Positions 44,393 through 55,559 of a stretch of 64,000 nt of DNA are shown piece after piece. The stretch is from Patescibacteria group bacterium UBA4787 (GTDB taxonomy: Bacteria > Patescibacteriota > Patescibacteriia > UBA2591 > UBA4787). Within the stretch, counting starts at the first letter, position 1. The number at the start of each line of letters is the position of its first letter. The stretch lies in contig DHGX01000001.1 in the NCBI GenBank assembly GCA_002402995.1, positions 85,625 to 149,624 on the forward strand, given 5' to 3'. The translations under genes were made by a program, and so were the position numbers. The notes beneath the pieces are model-generated. The model saw only the letters and a program-made list of their open reading frames with translations, was not told the DNA's origin and searched no databases.

Positions 44393-45778
44393 ATGTCTAA
44401 TGTTATTATTGATAAGCAAAAAATCGAAGAATTATTGACGCGCGGCGTGGAAAATATTTACCCGAACCGTGATTTCTTAGAAAAACTCTTGTATTCCAGA
44501 AAACGTTTAACTCTATATACGGGCTACGATCCAACAGCGCCAACCCTGCATATTGGCCATAGCATTACTATGCTAAAACTACGTCAATTTCAAGGATTGG
44601 GCCATAAAGTAATTATGCTTATTGGAGATTTTACCGGCATGATCGGCGATCCTACGGATAAAACCGCGACTCGCAAGCAGCTCACGCGCAAACAGGTATT
44701 GGAAAATTGTAAGGAATATAAAAAACAAGCGTCTGCAATTTTAGATTTTAAGGGCAAGAATCCGGTTGAATTGAAATATAACAGTAAATGGCTGGCGAAA
44801 ATGAATTTTGCCGAGGTTTTGGAGTTAGCTTCGCATTTTACGGTTCAGCGAATGTTAGAAAGAGATATGTTTGAAAAAAGAATGCTTATAACTTATGCGC
44901 GTTGTCGTAAATGTAATGATTTGTTTAAACCAAAAATTCAATTTAGCACGAAAGAAGCTTTTGATACAGCTCTTCCAATAATTATTTCTACTAATTGTCA
45001 AATTTGCGGAGAAAGAACGGTGGTCGAAAAAAAAGATTTAATTTTAGCGGAGTTGGAGTCGCCAGCCCCAATTTATCTCCATGAATTTTTATATCCTGTC
45101 ATGCAGGCCTACGATTCGGTAATAATGGATGTTGATGGTGAGGTCGGCGGCAACGACCAGACTTTTAATATGTTGGCCGGTCGGACATTAATGAAAGAAT
45201 TAAAAAACAAAGAAAAATTTGTTTTGACTACTAAACTTTTAACTGACACAAGCGGTAAAAAAATGGGCAAAAGCGAAGGCAATATGATTGCTTTGTCTGG
45301 CTCGCCTCAAGAGATGTTCGGTAAGGTAATGAGTTGGTCAGACGATTTGATTGTCAACGGTTTTATTCTATGTACCCGCTTGCCGGAGTCGGAAATTAAA
45401 AAATTAGAACAAGACTTAAAAAGCGGCGTCAATCCAAGAAATCTAAAAATTAAATTAGCCGGAGAAATTGTTAAAATTTACTACGGAGATAAAGCGGCCA
45501 ATTCGGCTGAAGAAAATTTCAATAAAATTTTCAGAGAGCATTTGATACCCGAAGATATAAAAACAGAAAAAATTAATCGAGGTAATCATAAGTTGATTGA
45601 TTTAATCTTTGATTATAGATTGGTTTCCAGCAAAGCAGAAGCGCGAAGATTAATTGAACAGGGAGGTGTGGAAATTAATCAAAATATCATTAAAGATTGG
45701 CAGGCGATTGTAAATATTGAATTACCTCAAATTATAAAGGCGGGGAAAAGAAGGTTTTTAAGACTTGACCCCAAATAA
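44393..45778 (+). CDS. tyrS: Tyrosyl-tRNA synthetase with C-terminal S4 domain and a Cys-containing insertion
   Basis: HIGH (PTLHIGH) and KMGKS motifs, a GYDPTA...GDFTGMIGDP TyrRS core, and a C-terminal S4 region (RRLIEQGGVEINQNII). Confidence 0.85.
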   Translation: MSNVIIDKQKIEELLTRGVENIYPNRDFLEKLLYSRKRLTLYTGYDPTAPTLHIGHSITMLKLRQFQGLGHKVIMLIGDFTGMIGDPTDKTATRKQLTRKQVLENCKEYKKQASAILDFKGKNPVELKYNSKWLAKMNFAEVLELASHFTVQRMLERDMFEKRMLITYARCRKCNDLFKPKIQFSTKEAFDTALPIIISTNCQICGERTVVEKKDLILAELESPAPIYLHEFLYPVMQAYDSVIMDVDGEVGGNDQTFNMLAGRTLMKELKNKEKFVLTTKLLTDTSGKKMGKSEGNMIALSGSPQEMFGKVMSWSDDLIVNGFILCTRLPESEIKKLEQDLKSGVNPRNLKIKLAGEIVKIYYGDKAANSAEENFNKIFREHLIPEDIKTEKINRGNHKLIDLIFDYRLVSSKAEARRLIEQGGVEINQNIIKDWQAIVNIELPQIIKAGKRRFLRLDPK

Positions 45779-45802
45779 ATTTTGTGTTAATATGTTGATA
45801 TT

Positions 45803-46114
45803 ATGTTAGCTATTAGATTTTCAAGACACGGGAAAAAAAATCAACCATTTTTTAGGATCGTTGTATCCGAAAAAGCCAAAGATCCAGTGGGAGATTTTTT
45901 AGAAGACTTAGGTTTTTATAACCCTCGTTCCAAAGAAGTTTCTTTTAAAAAAGAAAGAATTTTGCATTGGATCGGTTGTGGCGCTAAACCGAGCGCGACG
46001 GTTCACAATCTTCTGCTTAAACACGGCGTCACTACAGGTGAAAGAATTAAAGTAATGCGTCGTCACAAAAAAGACCAAGAGGAAAAAGAAGCCGCGCCGG
46101 CGCCAGCTGCTTAA
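45803..46114 (+). CDS. rpsP: 30S ribosomal protein S16
   Basis: MLAIRFSRHGKKNQPFFRIVV...FYNP S16 signature. Confidence 0.9.
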   Translation: MLAIRFSRHGKKNQPFFRIVVSEKAKDPVGDFLEDLGFYNPRSKEVSFKKERILHWIGCGAKPSATVHNLLLKHGVTTGERIKVMRRHKKDQEEKEAAPAPAA

Positions 46115-46206
46115 TATGCTTTATCTTTAAAATAAAGAAAGGTCGGATGAATTAAAAAATTATACTGGCATACTTTTGCGTGTCAGATAATAAACACAAA
46201 AAGAAT

Positions 46207-46512
46207 ATGGCTGCTAAGAATTCAGATCAAGAGTTTCTTGAGAATCTCGTTACTGCGCTTGTTAACAATCCTAAGGATGTTAAAATTGAGCGCCATGTTG
46301 ACGAGATGGGTGTTTTACTCACCATGAAAGTTAATCCCGCGGATATGGGCCAAATTATTGGCCGCGAGGGACAAACTGCTCGTGCCATTCGTACCCTTTT
46401 AAGATTAGTGGGCATGAAGAATAAAGCTCGCGTTAATCTTAAAATTGAGGAGCCGGAAGGCGGGAGAATGATGAAACCATCTACTTCAATTGACGAAGAT
46501 TTAAAAATTTAA
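46207..46512 (+). CDS. KH-domain RNA-binding protein (UPF0109/YlqC-like)
   Basis: The GxxG loop IIGREGQTARAIRTLL sits between rpsP and trmD, the conserved position. Confidence 0.75.
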   Translation: MAAKNSDQEFLENLVTALVNNPKDVKIERHVDEMGVLLTMKVNPADMGQIIGREGQTARAIRTLLRLVGMKNKARVNLKIEEPEGGRMMKPSTSIDEDLKI

Positions 46513-46586
46513 ACCTTGTTATTTATAATTAAAGGTTAGTAAAATCGCTCCATTGGAGCGATTTTACTTTCCGTTTTAAATATATG

Positions 46587-46725
46587 CCAGGTAGTGAAAA
46601 TTCGATAGTGCTTTTTGCTTCGGCTCATTACTTGGTTTCGTTGTTAACAAAATAACTAATCTTTGCTTCCAGCGCACTCCTTAATATAATCGCACTTCAA
46701 GAAGCATCGAATTTCTACTACCTGG
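46587..46725 (+). mobile_element. 139-bp miniature inverted-repeat element, family C copy 2
   Basis: Same TIRs as 41048-41186; ends 1 nt before the trmD ATG. Confidence 0.65.
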
Positions 46726-46726
46726 T

Positions 46727-47455
46727 ATGATTAAGTTCGATATTTTGACCATATTCCCCAAAGTTTTCGAAGGATATTTTTCTACTTCTATCATAAATCG
46801 GGCGAAGACAAAGAGACTCGTTAAAATTAGTATTCATAATCTGCGCGATTATACTTTTGATCGGCGCAAGACCATCGATGACCGGCCTTACGGCGGCGGC
46901 GCGGGTATGATTATGAAAGTCGAGCCGATTTATTTGGTTCTTAAAAAATTAACGCACAATTTTAGGAAAGACTCTAAACGAAAAATTATTCTGTTGCGGC
47001 CGTCTAAAAAGATTTTTAATCAAAATATAGCTCGCTCTTATAAAAACTTGAAACATATTATTTTGATTTGCGGTCACTATGAAGGCGTTGATGAACGGGT
47101 TGAACATTTTATTGACGAGTCTTTATCAGTCGGGAATTTCGTATTAACCGGCGGAGAATTGGCAGCGATGATTGTAGTCGATGCGATTACGAGGTTAGTC
47201 GACGGTTCAATTAAAAAAGAATCGCTGGGTGAAGAGTCATTCGATGATGAGGGTTGTCTCAAAATAGAATATCCTCAGTATACTCGTCCGGGAATTTTGA
47301 CAATTAAAGATAAATTCGGTAAAATAAAAGTATTGAAAGCGCCAAGAGTGTTGCTTTCAGGAAGTCATCAAAAGATCAGAGAATGGCGCCATGGCCAAGT
47401 AGCAGAAAAAGTGGCCAGAGCACTCCAAAAAAACAATAGGGGCAAAGATATTTAA
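46727..47455 (+). CDS. trmD: tRNA (guanine37-N1)-methyltransferase
   Basis: MIKFDILTIFPKVFEGYF N-terminus and the GGGAGM SPOUT-knot motif. Confidence 0.9.
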   Translation: MIKFDILTIFPKVFEGYFSTSIINRAKTKRLVKISIHNLRDYTFDRRKTIDDRPYGGGAGMIMKVEPIYLVLKKLTHNFRKDSKRKIILLRPSKKIFNQNIARSYKNLKHIILICGHYEGVDERVEHFIDESLSVGNFVLTGGELAAMIVVDAITRLVDGSIKKESLGEESFDDEGCLKIEYPQYTRPGILTIKDKFGKIKVLKAPRVLLSGSHQKIREWRHGQVAEKVARALQKNNRGKDI

Positions 47456-47512
47456 ATCGATACTTTTTGAAGAAAAATACTTCAAAACGTTATCGGCTAA
47501 TATATATGAGCT

Positions 47513-47541
47513 TGACAAATCTCAAAAAAATATTTATATTG
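47513..47541 (+). promoter_or_regulatory. Promoter of the 16S rRNA gene
   Basis: cTTGACAaatctcaaaaaaatatttATATTG; AAGTTCTTTAAAAA leader motif at about 47565. Confidence 0.5.
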
Positions 47542-47670
47542 AGTATTGTTAATTTATATAGCCAAGTTCTTTAAAAATTTATTTTTTAGTTCAAACCACT
47601 ACAAAAATTCTTAAATTTTTTGTAGTTGCAAATTTTGAGTTTTGTAAATTTTTAGTATCAAATTTTTGTT

Positions 47671-49193
<1,523 letters not shown>

Positions 49194-49342
49194 AGAGGAT
49201 ATATCCCGACTATATGTCGGGATGGTCGATACTTTTCTTTTCCCTTGGGAATTAAGAGTATTTTCTCAAATATTTGCAACTACAAAAAGCTTAGGAATTT
49301 TTTTATTTAAATTAAAAATTTTAATAATTTTTAACAAAAAAA

Positions 49343-49370
49343 CTGCCGACTCAAGGCAGTATTTTGTATT
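49343..49370 (+). terminator. Rho-independent terminator downstream of the 16S
   Basis: aaaaaaactgccgactcaaggcag followed by TATTTTGTATT. Confidence 0.55.
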
Positions 49371-49496
49371 ATTTGACTTTGATTGACCGTGTTTTAGCTA
49401 CAATCAAAACATAACTATTTATATAAATCACGTTGCGATCATAATAATTTTAAAAAGAATCAGAGAAAATTCAGTATCTTTTAATATAATTACATA

Positions 49497-49524
49497 TTGA
49501 CAAAAGACGGGTTTCTGCTATGTT
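49497..49524 (+). promoter_or_regulatory. Promoter for the 49578 gene
   Basis: TTGACAaaagacgggtttctgcTATGTT; SD AAAGGAGGT before the ATG. Confidence 0.45.
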
Positions 49525-49577
49525 TATATGAACATAATTTGTTCATTAAATAAAAATTAAAAAGGAGGTATCAGGTC

Positions 49578-50111
49578 ATGTACTCCGTGTTGATCGTTGT
49601 TGGTCTTTTTGCAATCATCGGTGTAGCTTCTGCTCTTGCTTCCCGTTCTTTGGAGATGGTTGTCCCTGTGACCATAGCCCTTGCAATCGTCGGTTTATTC
49701 GTCGGCTTGGCCGCCGTTTTGATAATTAGCTTTTTTCTGCCTATTACAACCGACATGATTTTGGTAGATTGTAAGACTTTGGCCGGCGTACAGGATGTTA
49801 ACGGAGTGTATGGTTCTTTTTTTCTCGGTTGTGGCGAAGTGAACGGTGAATTGGTTTATCGATATTTTGAGAAAATCGGAGCCAATTCTTATCGTCCCGC
49901 CGAGATAAGAACGCCATGCGACAGCCGCGTCGAAATCGTGGAAAAAGACGATCTCAAAATCGGCTTCTTAGAAATTTGGCAAACGACTACTTCGCTCCAT
50001 AACCCCAAACTGAAAAATTGGTTTTTTAATCTTGGGGGGGGTTCTAAGTTAGTAAAATTTATCGTGCCCAAGGGCTCAGTCGTCCGCCAATTCCGATTCG
50101 ATTTGCAATAA
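49578..50111 (+). CDS. Hypothetical membrane protein
   Basis: Two N-terminal TM helices and a strong SD; no domain recognised. Confidence 0.4.
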   Translation: MYSVLIVVGLFAIIGVASALASRSLEMVVPVTIALAIVGLFVGLAAVLIISFFLPITTDMILVDCKTLAGVQDVNGVYGSFFLGCGEVNGELVYRYFEKIGANSYRPAEIRTPCDSRVEIVEKDDLKIGFLEIWQTTTSLHNPKLKNWFFNLGGGSKLVKFIVPKGSVVRQFRFDLQ

Positions 50112-50123
50112 ATCGCATCAGTT

Positions 50124-50156
50124 AACCTGCTGTTAATCAACGGCAGGTTTTTATTA
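50124..50156 (+). terminator. Rho-independent terminator
   Basis: aacctgctgttaatcaacggcaggtt followed by TTTATT. Confidence 0.6.
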
Positions 50157-50201
50157 ATGGTTGATAATCTTGATTTATAAATAATTTATGAAATTAAAAA
50201 A

Positions 50202-50273
50202 TGCCGGAGGTCAGAATCGAACTGACAACGCAAGGATTTTCAGTCCTTCGCTCTACCACTGAGCTACTCCGGC
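50202..50273 (-). tRNA. tRNA-Phe (anticodon GAA)
   Basis: The reverse complement GCCGGAGTAGCTCAGTGGTAGAGCGAAGGACTGAAAATCCTTGCGTTGTCAGTTCGATTCTGACCTCCGGCA gives a canonical cloverleaf. Confidence 0.9.
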
Positions 50274-50363
50274 AAATAAATATGTATTTTGTTAATGGGC
50301 ATTTAGTCCACCAGCTGGTGGAGAACCCTAGTCCTCTTCCGCCTGCCCCGTTAAATTTCTGAA

Positions 50364-50434
50364 TGGGCGACCAAGGAATCGAACCCTGTTCTCTTCCGTG
50401 TAAAGGAAATGTTTTACCATTAAACTAGTCGCCC
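50364..50434 (-). tRNA. tRNA-Val (anticodon TAC)
   Basis: The reverse complement GGGCGACTAGTTTAATGGTAAAACATTTCCTTTACACGGAAGAGAACAGGGTTCGATTCCTTGGTCGCCCA. Confidence 0.85.
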
Positions 50435-50501
50435 AAGATTAATTTAACGGGGTGGATAAAGGAAGCTTAATCCCTTTATAATACCCATTATTTTTTTAAA
50501 G

Positions 50502-50574
50502 TGGACCCTAGGGGGCTCGAACCCCTCACCTCTTCCATGCCATGGAAGCGCTCTACCAACTGAGCTAAGGGCCC
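50502..50574 (-). tRNA. tRNA-Ala (anticodon GGC)
   Basis: The reverse complement GGGCCCTTAGCTCAGTTGGTAGAGCGCTTCCATGGCATGGAAGAGGTGAGGGGTTCGAGCCCCCTAGGGTCCA has the G3-T70 pair typical of tRNA-Ala. Confidence 0.85.
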
Positions 50575-50595
50575 ACACGTTTAACAATTTATAGT

Positions 50596-50670
50596 ATATT
50601 CGTCATGCTTCGTGAAATTGGTTCGCTACGGAATCAGACAAAAAGATTTTTGTCTGTCCCCCTGTTTGCC
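50596..50670 (-). repeat. Intergenic repeat family 2 copy
   Basis: The reverse complement ATAATTGGCAAACAGGGGGACAGACAAAAATCTTTTTGTCTGATTCCGTAGCGAACCAATTTCACGAAGCATGACGA matches copies at 55683 and 63536. Confidence 0.6.
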
Positions 50671-50703
50671 AATTATATAACTTTTGAGATAAAAATCAAG
50701 AGC

Positions 50704-51003
50704 TTAATAACCCTTTTGGTGTCTTTTTTGAATTTTTCTTTTGGTTTTTAAAAAAGCTTTTTCCAAATCAACGTGATGCCTGTTGGCGATGCTGGCCAAA
50801 CAAACTAATAAATCGCCAATTTCTTTTTCCAGATCAATTTTAACTTTTTTGCGATTTTTATTCCCGTCAATTTTCCTAATCATTTCCGCTACTTCGCCGA
50901 ATTCTTCTATTAAAAAAAGAATTTCGGTTTTTTCGTCAACTGGTTTGGAATTTTCTTCCCAATCTTCCCTAACCCAATCTTGAGCTTCTTTTAATTTAGT
51001 CAT
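50704..51003 (-). CDS. MazG-like nucleotide pyrophosphohydrolase (small, single domain)
   Basis: EEFGEVAEMIRK ... EIGDLLVCLASIANRHHVDLEKAF (EExxE plus a helical pair). Confidence 0.6.
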   Translation of the reverse strand: MTKLKEAQDWVREDWEENSKPVDEKTEILFLIEEFGEVAEMIRKIDGNKNRKKVKIDLEKEIGDLLVCLASIANRHHVDLEKAFLKTKRKIQKRHQKGY

Positions 51004-51016
51004 AAGAGATAATATT

Positions 51017-53281
51017 TTAATTTTCTAATTTGAGAGATAGAAGCTTGGAAACCTTGTCTTCGCCCATAGTTACGCCGTAGAGTATATTGGCAAAAGACAT
51101 TACGCGGCGATTGTGAGTGATAATCAAGAATTGTGTTTTGTCGTCTAACTCTCGTAAAATTTCGCCAAAACGTTCCGAGTTTTCTTCGTCCAAAGCCGCA
51201 TCCACTTCATCTAAAACAACAAACGGTGGTTTATTAATGGCAATAATTGCACAAATTAAAGCAATGGAGGTTAGGGTTTTCTCTCCACCCGACAAAACTT
51301 CAATGTGTTGGACTTTTTTGCCTGGCGGCGTGGCTAGAATTTCCACGTCATAATTTTGTTTTTTTTCTTTTTCCAGTTCTTCTTCGGCATTAATTTCCCT
51401 TTCTTGGTTATTTTTTTCTTCTCCATCCGCGGCTTCTTTTTGCTCTTCGTTTTCTTTTTCGTCCTCTGATTTTTTAAATATTAATTTCGCTTTGCCACCG
51501 CTAAAAAATATCTTAAAGTATTGATCAAATTTTTCATTAATTTTATTGAACGAAGCATGAAATTGATCTTCTATGATTTTGTCTAATTCGTTGACAATCT
51601 TGTTTAGTGTCTGCATAGCTTGTTTAAGGTCGGATGTTTGATTTGTTAGAAATTCATAACGGTTTTTGCATTCTGGATATTCTTTGGTTATTTCCGGATC
51701 AATTCCACCTATTAACTCCATTTGTCTTTTAAGGTGTTGGATGGTTTCAGTCAGGTCTTGGTTATTCTCAAGATTAATTTTTTCGATGTTAGTTATTTGT
51801 ATAATAGATAAGTCTGAAACACCAGTTTCTCTTTTTATCTCTTCACGTAAAGATTCCATTTTGGTTTCTATGCGCGCGCGTTCAATTTTCATTTCGTTTT
51901 CTTTGGACGATAATTTATCGAGTTCTAATTGTTCGTCATGGAGGATTCTTTGTGTGTCGATTATTTTGCTCATTTTTTCGCTCTCCAGGCGATTTTCTTC
52001 GGCCAGTTTTTTATCTAAGTCGTTCATCTGGTTGTCTAGACCACTGACCAATCCATCCAGCTTATTAAGCTTTTCTTCTAATTTGTTCGGTTCGCTTTCT
52101 ATGTCTTCCTTGTCTTGCGGTTCTTCGATTAAAGCTAAAATTTCTTTAATCTTTTTTATTTTGTCATTCAGGCTGGCTGATAGTTCGTCGCGATCAAATT
52201 TAGTTTTAACTTTCTCGAGTAAATTACAGTGAAGAGATATCAACTCTTTCAAGCGTTCTGCTACTAGCACCAAATTAACATCTGTTTTTATGCGTTGGTT
52301 TGTTTTTTCTCTTAGGGCTATCTTTAAGTCAATTAATTTTTCTTTGATGTCCATTCGTTCTTTAAGGCGCTCGTCTTTTAAGTGTTGGATTTTGCTATAT
52401 TCTTCCCTTAAATTTTTAAAAGTATTTTCTGCGGTTGGGGAGAAGGCATTGGCAAATTGTTTTTGTAGCCCACTAAAATTATATTTAGTTGAATCGTATT
52501 CTTGACTGATTTTTAATAATTCGTTGTTGATGTTTTTGAGCTGGCGGTCCAGATCGTTTAAAAATTCTTCATAATATTTTTTCTGGAAGAAGTGCAGGCG
52601 ATTTTCTATCTCTTGGCGTTGTTCGAGTTTTTTAATTTGGCGCGCCAGCGAACGCATACGCGGTTCAATTTCTTGCAAAACAATTTCTGCCTGGTTTAAG
52701 TTTTCCTGGGTTTTAGCTAATTTTCTTAAAGCCGAGTCTTTTTTTATCTGATGTTGGCGAACGCCAGTTGCTTCGTCAAAGAACAATTTTTTTTCATTAG
52801 CCGAGCTGTGCAGAATGGCATCAATCATGCCTTGTCCGATAATGCTGTAGCTTCTCTGTCCGACGTTGGCTTTAGCTAAGAGCATTACAATGTCTTGCAA
52901 CCTTGTTTGACTATTATTAATAAAATATTCACTCTCGCCGTTGCGATAAACGCGGCGCGTAATGTTAAACTGTTTAAAGTCGATGGGCGCCCAACCGTCT
53001 TCATTGTTGAAGGTTATAGAAACCTCCGCCAAACTAAGGCGCGACTTTTTTTCTGAACCGGAGAAAATAATATCTTCGGATTTTTTTCCGCGCAGAGATT
53101 TCAGACTCTGCTCACCCAAGCCCCAGCGAATAGCTTCTAATATATTAGATTTACCCGAACCGTTCGGACCGACAATAGCGGTAATGCCGCGACTTAAATC
53201 GTCGATCGGTTTGGGGAATTCTAATATAGTTTTATTGGCAAAAGATTTAAAGCCGTTAATTTCCAGTCTTTCTAAATGCAT
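51017..53281 (-). CDS. smc: SMC-family chromosome-segregation ATPase (short, 754 aa)
   Basis: N-terminal Walker A GPNGSGKSN, long coiled coils, and C-terminal signature LSGGEKTLTSIAL with Walker B FVVLDEVDAALD. Confidence 0.75.
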   Translation of the reverse strand: MHLERLEINGFKSFANKTILEFPKPIDDLSRGITAIVGPNGSGKSNILEAIRWGLGEQSLKSLRGKKSEDIIFSGSEKKSRLSLAEVSITFNNEDGWAPIDFKQFNITRRVYRNGESEYFINNSQTRLQDIVMLLAKANVGQRSYSIIGQGMIDAILHSSANEKKLFFDEATGVRQHQIKKDSALRKLAKTQENLNQAEIVLQEIEPRMRSLARQIKKLEQRQEIENRLHFFQKKYYEEFLNDLDRQLKNINNELLKISQEYDSTKYNFSGLQKQFANAFSPTAENTFKNLREEYSKIQHLKDERLKERMDIKEKLIDLKIALREKTNQRIKTDVNLVLVAERLKELISLHCNLLEKVKTKFDRDELSASLNDKIKKIKEILALIEEPQDKEDIESEPNKLEEKLNKLDGLVSGLDNQMNDLDKKLAEENRLESEKMSKIIDTQRILHDEQLELDKLSSKENEMKIERARIETKMESLREEIKRETGVSDLSIIQITNIEKINLENNQDLTETIQHLKRQMELIGGIDPEITKEYPECKNRYEFLTNQTSDLKQAMQTLNKIVNELDKIIEDQFHASFNKINEKFDQYFKIFFSGGKAKLIFKKSEDEKENEEQKEAADGEEKNNQEREINAEEELEKEKKQNYDVEILATPPGKKVQHIEVLSGGEKTLTSIALICAIIAINKPPFVVLDEVDAALDEENSERFGEILRELDDKTQFLIITHNRRVMSFANILYGVTMGEDKVSKLLSLKLEN

Positions 53282-53340
53282 TGATTAAGATTAGATGAAT
53301 TGATAAACGCATCTATTATACTATTTTAAAATAAAAATAA

Positions 53341-53366
53341 AAGAGGCTCTTTTTTGAGAGCCTCTA
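53341..53366. terminator. Hairpin terminator downstream of the 53393 gene
   Basis: agaggctcttttttgagagcctct. Confidence 0.5.
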
Positions 53367-53392
53367 AGGGTTTTTGGGTTGACTAGCAAAGC

Positions 53393-54052
53393 TTAGTCTT
53401 CTTGCTCAAGCGCACCACCTGTGGCGCCGGCGACGATTTGACCGTTTTTGGCTTCTTCGATGACCAGATTATCAATGTTGTCCTTCGGGGTGGTTGGTCC
53501 GGTCGGTCCAGCCGGAGGATGGGGCGACCAGTCAGACTTGATGATTCTGATCACTTCTTGGATGTCGGCATTTTTGAAGATTAGGCGCCAGGCAGCTTCA
53601 TTGGGTTCTCGGTTGACGCAGATAAAAAATTCTTTGCCTCCCCCAAGTCCTATCTTTTCTTCCAGCGCTCTTAAGACCGCGATGATCTCTCTGGGCTTGC
53701 GATTGATAAAGAGACGGTGCCAAGCATCGTGGATTTTGTGGAGTATTTTTTTCTTATTCCATGATTCGCTGGTGCCGCCGCGGGAACGCGGAATTAGATG
53801 ATGGACGGTCAGTTCATTGGGGTTGCGAGGTTGTACGGGGACGCGCGATTTTTTATCTTTTGTTCCCGTGGGGATCGCTGTTTTTTTACTCTTATGCCCG
53901 ATAACGGTTTTTATCTTGTCTACGTTTTTGACGGTGAGCCGGCTTCCGATTCTTTTTTCAAACAAGCGCAGTTGTTTTCTCCGTCTGCGTTTAACCGCGC
54001 TTTGTCTGATGCTAATCAGCTTCTTGCTTTTCTGGATTTTTTTACGTGCCAA
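53393..54052 (-). CDS. Basic protein with HNH-like motif
   Basis: Lys/Arg-rich N-terminus; HHLIPRSRGG...N...HKIHDAWH resembles an HNH nuclease core. GC is elevated at the 3' end. Confidence 0.3.
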   Translation of the reverse strand: MARKKIQKSKKLISIRQSAVKRRRRKQLRLFEKRIGSRLTVKNVDKIKTVIGHKSKKTAIPTGTKDKKSRVPVQPRNPNELTVHHLIPRSRGGTSESWNKKKILHKIHDAWHRLFINRKPREIIAVLRALEEKIGLGGGKEFFICVNREPNEAAWRLIFKNADIQEVIRIIKSDWSPHPPAGPTGPTTPKDNIDNLVIEEAKNGQIVAGATGGALEQED

Positions 54053-54100
54053 CTTATGACACCCCCTTTCTTTCTATTTTTATTTTAAAAGTGCGATTAA

Positions 54101-54826
54101 TTACTTTTTATTGAGATCTTTTTGAAATTTCACAAGAGCTTTCTTGGCTGCTTCGGTTTCGGCTTCTTGTTTATTGGTGCCTCTTCCCCGGGCGATAGGT
54201 TTGCCATCAACGACAGATATGGCTACAAATAATCTTTCGTGGGCTGGTCCGGTCTCGGAAACGATTTCATATCGGGGAGTCTTTTTTAGTTGAGCTTGTA
54301 CAATTTCTTGTAAAAGTGTTTTGGGGTCTTTGTCTTGGATAATTTTTACCGCCGATTTGGGAATACCAGTAATAATAAATTTGTTAACAAATTCTTTAGT
54401 CTTGATAAAACCTTGATCTAAGTAAATAGCGCCGATAAGAGCTTCTGTGGCATCGGCTAAAATTACTTTTTTAGCCTTGGGTTCTCCGATTAATTCGCCG
54501 CGGCCAAGGAATAGAAATTTTTCTAAATTTATTTTTTCAGCCGTATCTGATAGATTATTGGTATTAACAATAGCAGACCTTAAAAGTGTTAATTCGCCCT
54601 CCGGTTTGCGGAACATTTTAAATAGATATTCCGTAACAATCAATTCGAGGACTGCGTCGCCTAGAAATTCTAGTCTTTCGTTATGGTCCCACCTAACGAG
54701 TCGATTCTCATTTTTGAAAGATCGATGAGTAAGCGCTTCTCTGAGCAAATTGAAATGTCTGAATTTAATATTAATAAACTTTTCTAGTTTCTCAAGATTT
54801 TGATTGTTCGTTTTTATTTTCTGCAT
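54101..54826 (-). CDS. rnc: Ribonuclease III
   Basis: [20 protein letters not shown] RNase III signature and a C-terminal dsRBD (GPAHERLF...[10 protein letters not shown]). Confidence 0.9.
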   Translation of the reverse strand: MQKIKTNNQNLEKLEKFINIKFRHFNLLREALTHRSFKNENRLVRWDHNERLEFLGDAVLELIVTEYLFKMFRKPEGELTLLRSAIVNTNNLSDTAEKINLEKFLFLGRGELIGEPKAKKVILADATEALIGAIYLDQGFIKTKEFVNKFIITGIPKSAVKIIQDKDPKTLLQEIVQAQLKKTPRYEIVSETGPAHERLFVAISVVDGKPIARGRGTNKQEAETEAAKKALVKFQKDLNKK

Positions 54827-55259
54827 CTTCTTTGCCTTTTATTTTTTCATAAATAGCTCCTAGCACGCCATTAACGAATTTACCGGAACTAATGCCACTG
54901 AACGCTTTGGCCACTTCAATAGCTTCATTTATGGCTACTTTAGGCGGCGTATTTTTAGACACGGCCAATTCATAAACGCCAATACGTAAAATATTGCGAT
55001 CAATCGAGGTGATTTGTTCAAGCGGCCATTGGGGCGCATATTCTTTAATATAGTTATCTATTTTGTCTAGATTGTCGATTATGCCAAAGACTAATTCTTC
55101 ACTGAATTTATTATCTCCATCCAGCATGCCGAATTCTTCAGAGTTTCTTTTAACAATTTCTATTAGTTCATTTTTGTCTAATTCTTTTTCCGCGCGCGAA
55201 AAATCCCATTCATAAAGGGTTTGCAGGGCGATAGTTCTACTCAAATGACGCGAGGCCAT
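54792..55259 (-). CDS. nusB: Transcription antitermination factor NusB
   Basis: [21 protein letters not shown] and [10 protein letters not shown]. Confidence 0.8.
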   Translation of the reverse strand: MASRHLSRTIALQTLYEWDFSRAEKELDKNELIEIVKRNSEEFGMLDGDNKFSEELVFGIIDNLDKIDNYIKEYAPQWPLEQITSIDRNILRIGVYELAVSKNTPPKVAINEAIEVAKAFSGISSGKFVNGVLGAIYEKIKGKEDAENKNEQSKS

Positions 55260-55281
55260 ATGATTTTTATTAAAAATCTAA

Positions 55282-55494
55282 TTATTTGCTCTTTTTATCT
55301 TTTTTGTCTTTTTTTGTTTTCTCGAGATTAACAACGATTTTTCCTTTATAGTTTCCGCAATGAATGCAGGCTTTATGCGGTAGGGTTTGTTTTTTGCACT
55401 GCGGACAAGTGGTAAGATTAATTTTTTTGAGTCTATATTGATATTCTCTCCTTTTTTGGCGACTTCTTGATCTTTTTTGAGTTGGTAGAGCCAT
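55282..55494 (-). CDS. rpmF: 50S ribosomal protein L32 with Lys-rich C-terminal extension
   Basis: MALPTQKRSRSRQKRR and the CPQCKK...CIHCGNYKGK zinc ribbon of L32. Confidence 0.8.
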   Translation of the reverse strand: MALPTQKRSRSRQKRREYQYRLKKINLTTCPQCKKQTLPHKACIHCGNYKGKIVVNLEKTKKDKKDKKSK

Positions 55495-55559
55495 AAGATT
55501 AATCTACATTTAAATTTATTAATTATTAAAGCTATAAATAAATATATCATTTTTTATAA

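Noticed and set aside
51666-52232. 188-aa plus-strand ORF antisense to smc
   Set aside because: Ser/Leu-rich low-complexity translation of the antisense of a coiled-coil region. The minus strand encodes SMC signature motifs.
55278-55550. Alternative 90-aa ORF overlapping rpmF in another frame
   Set aside because: The 55282..55494 frame yields a textbook L32 zinc ribbon; the other frame is Lys/Ile-rich noise.
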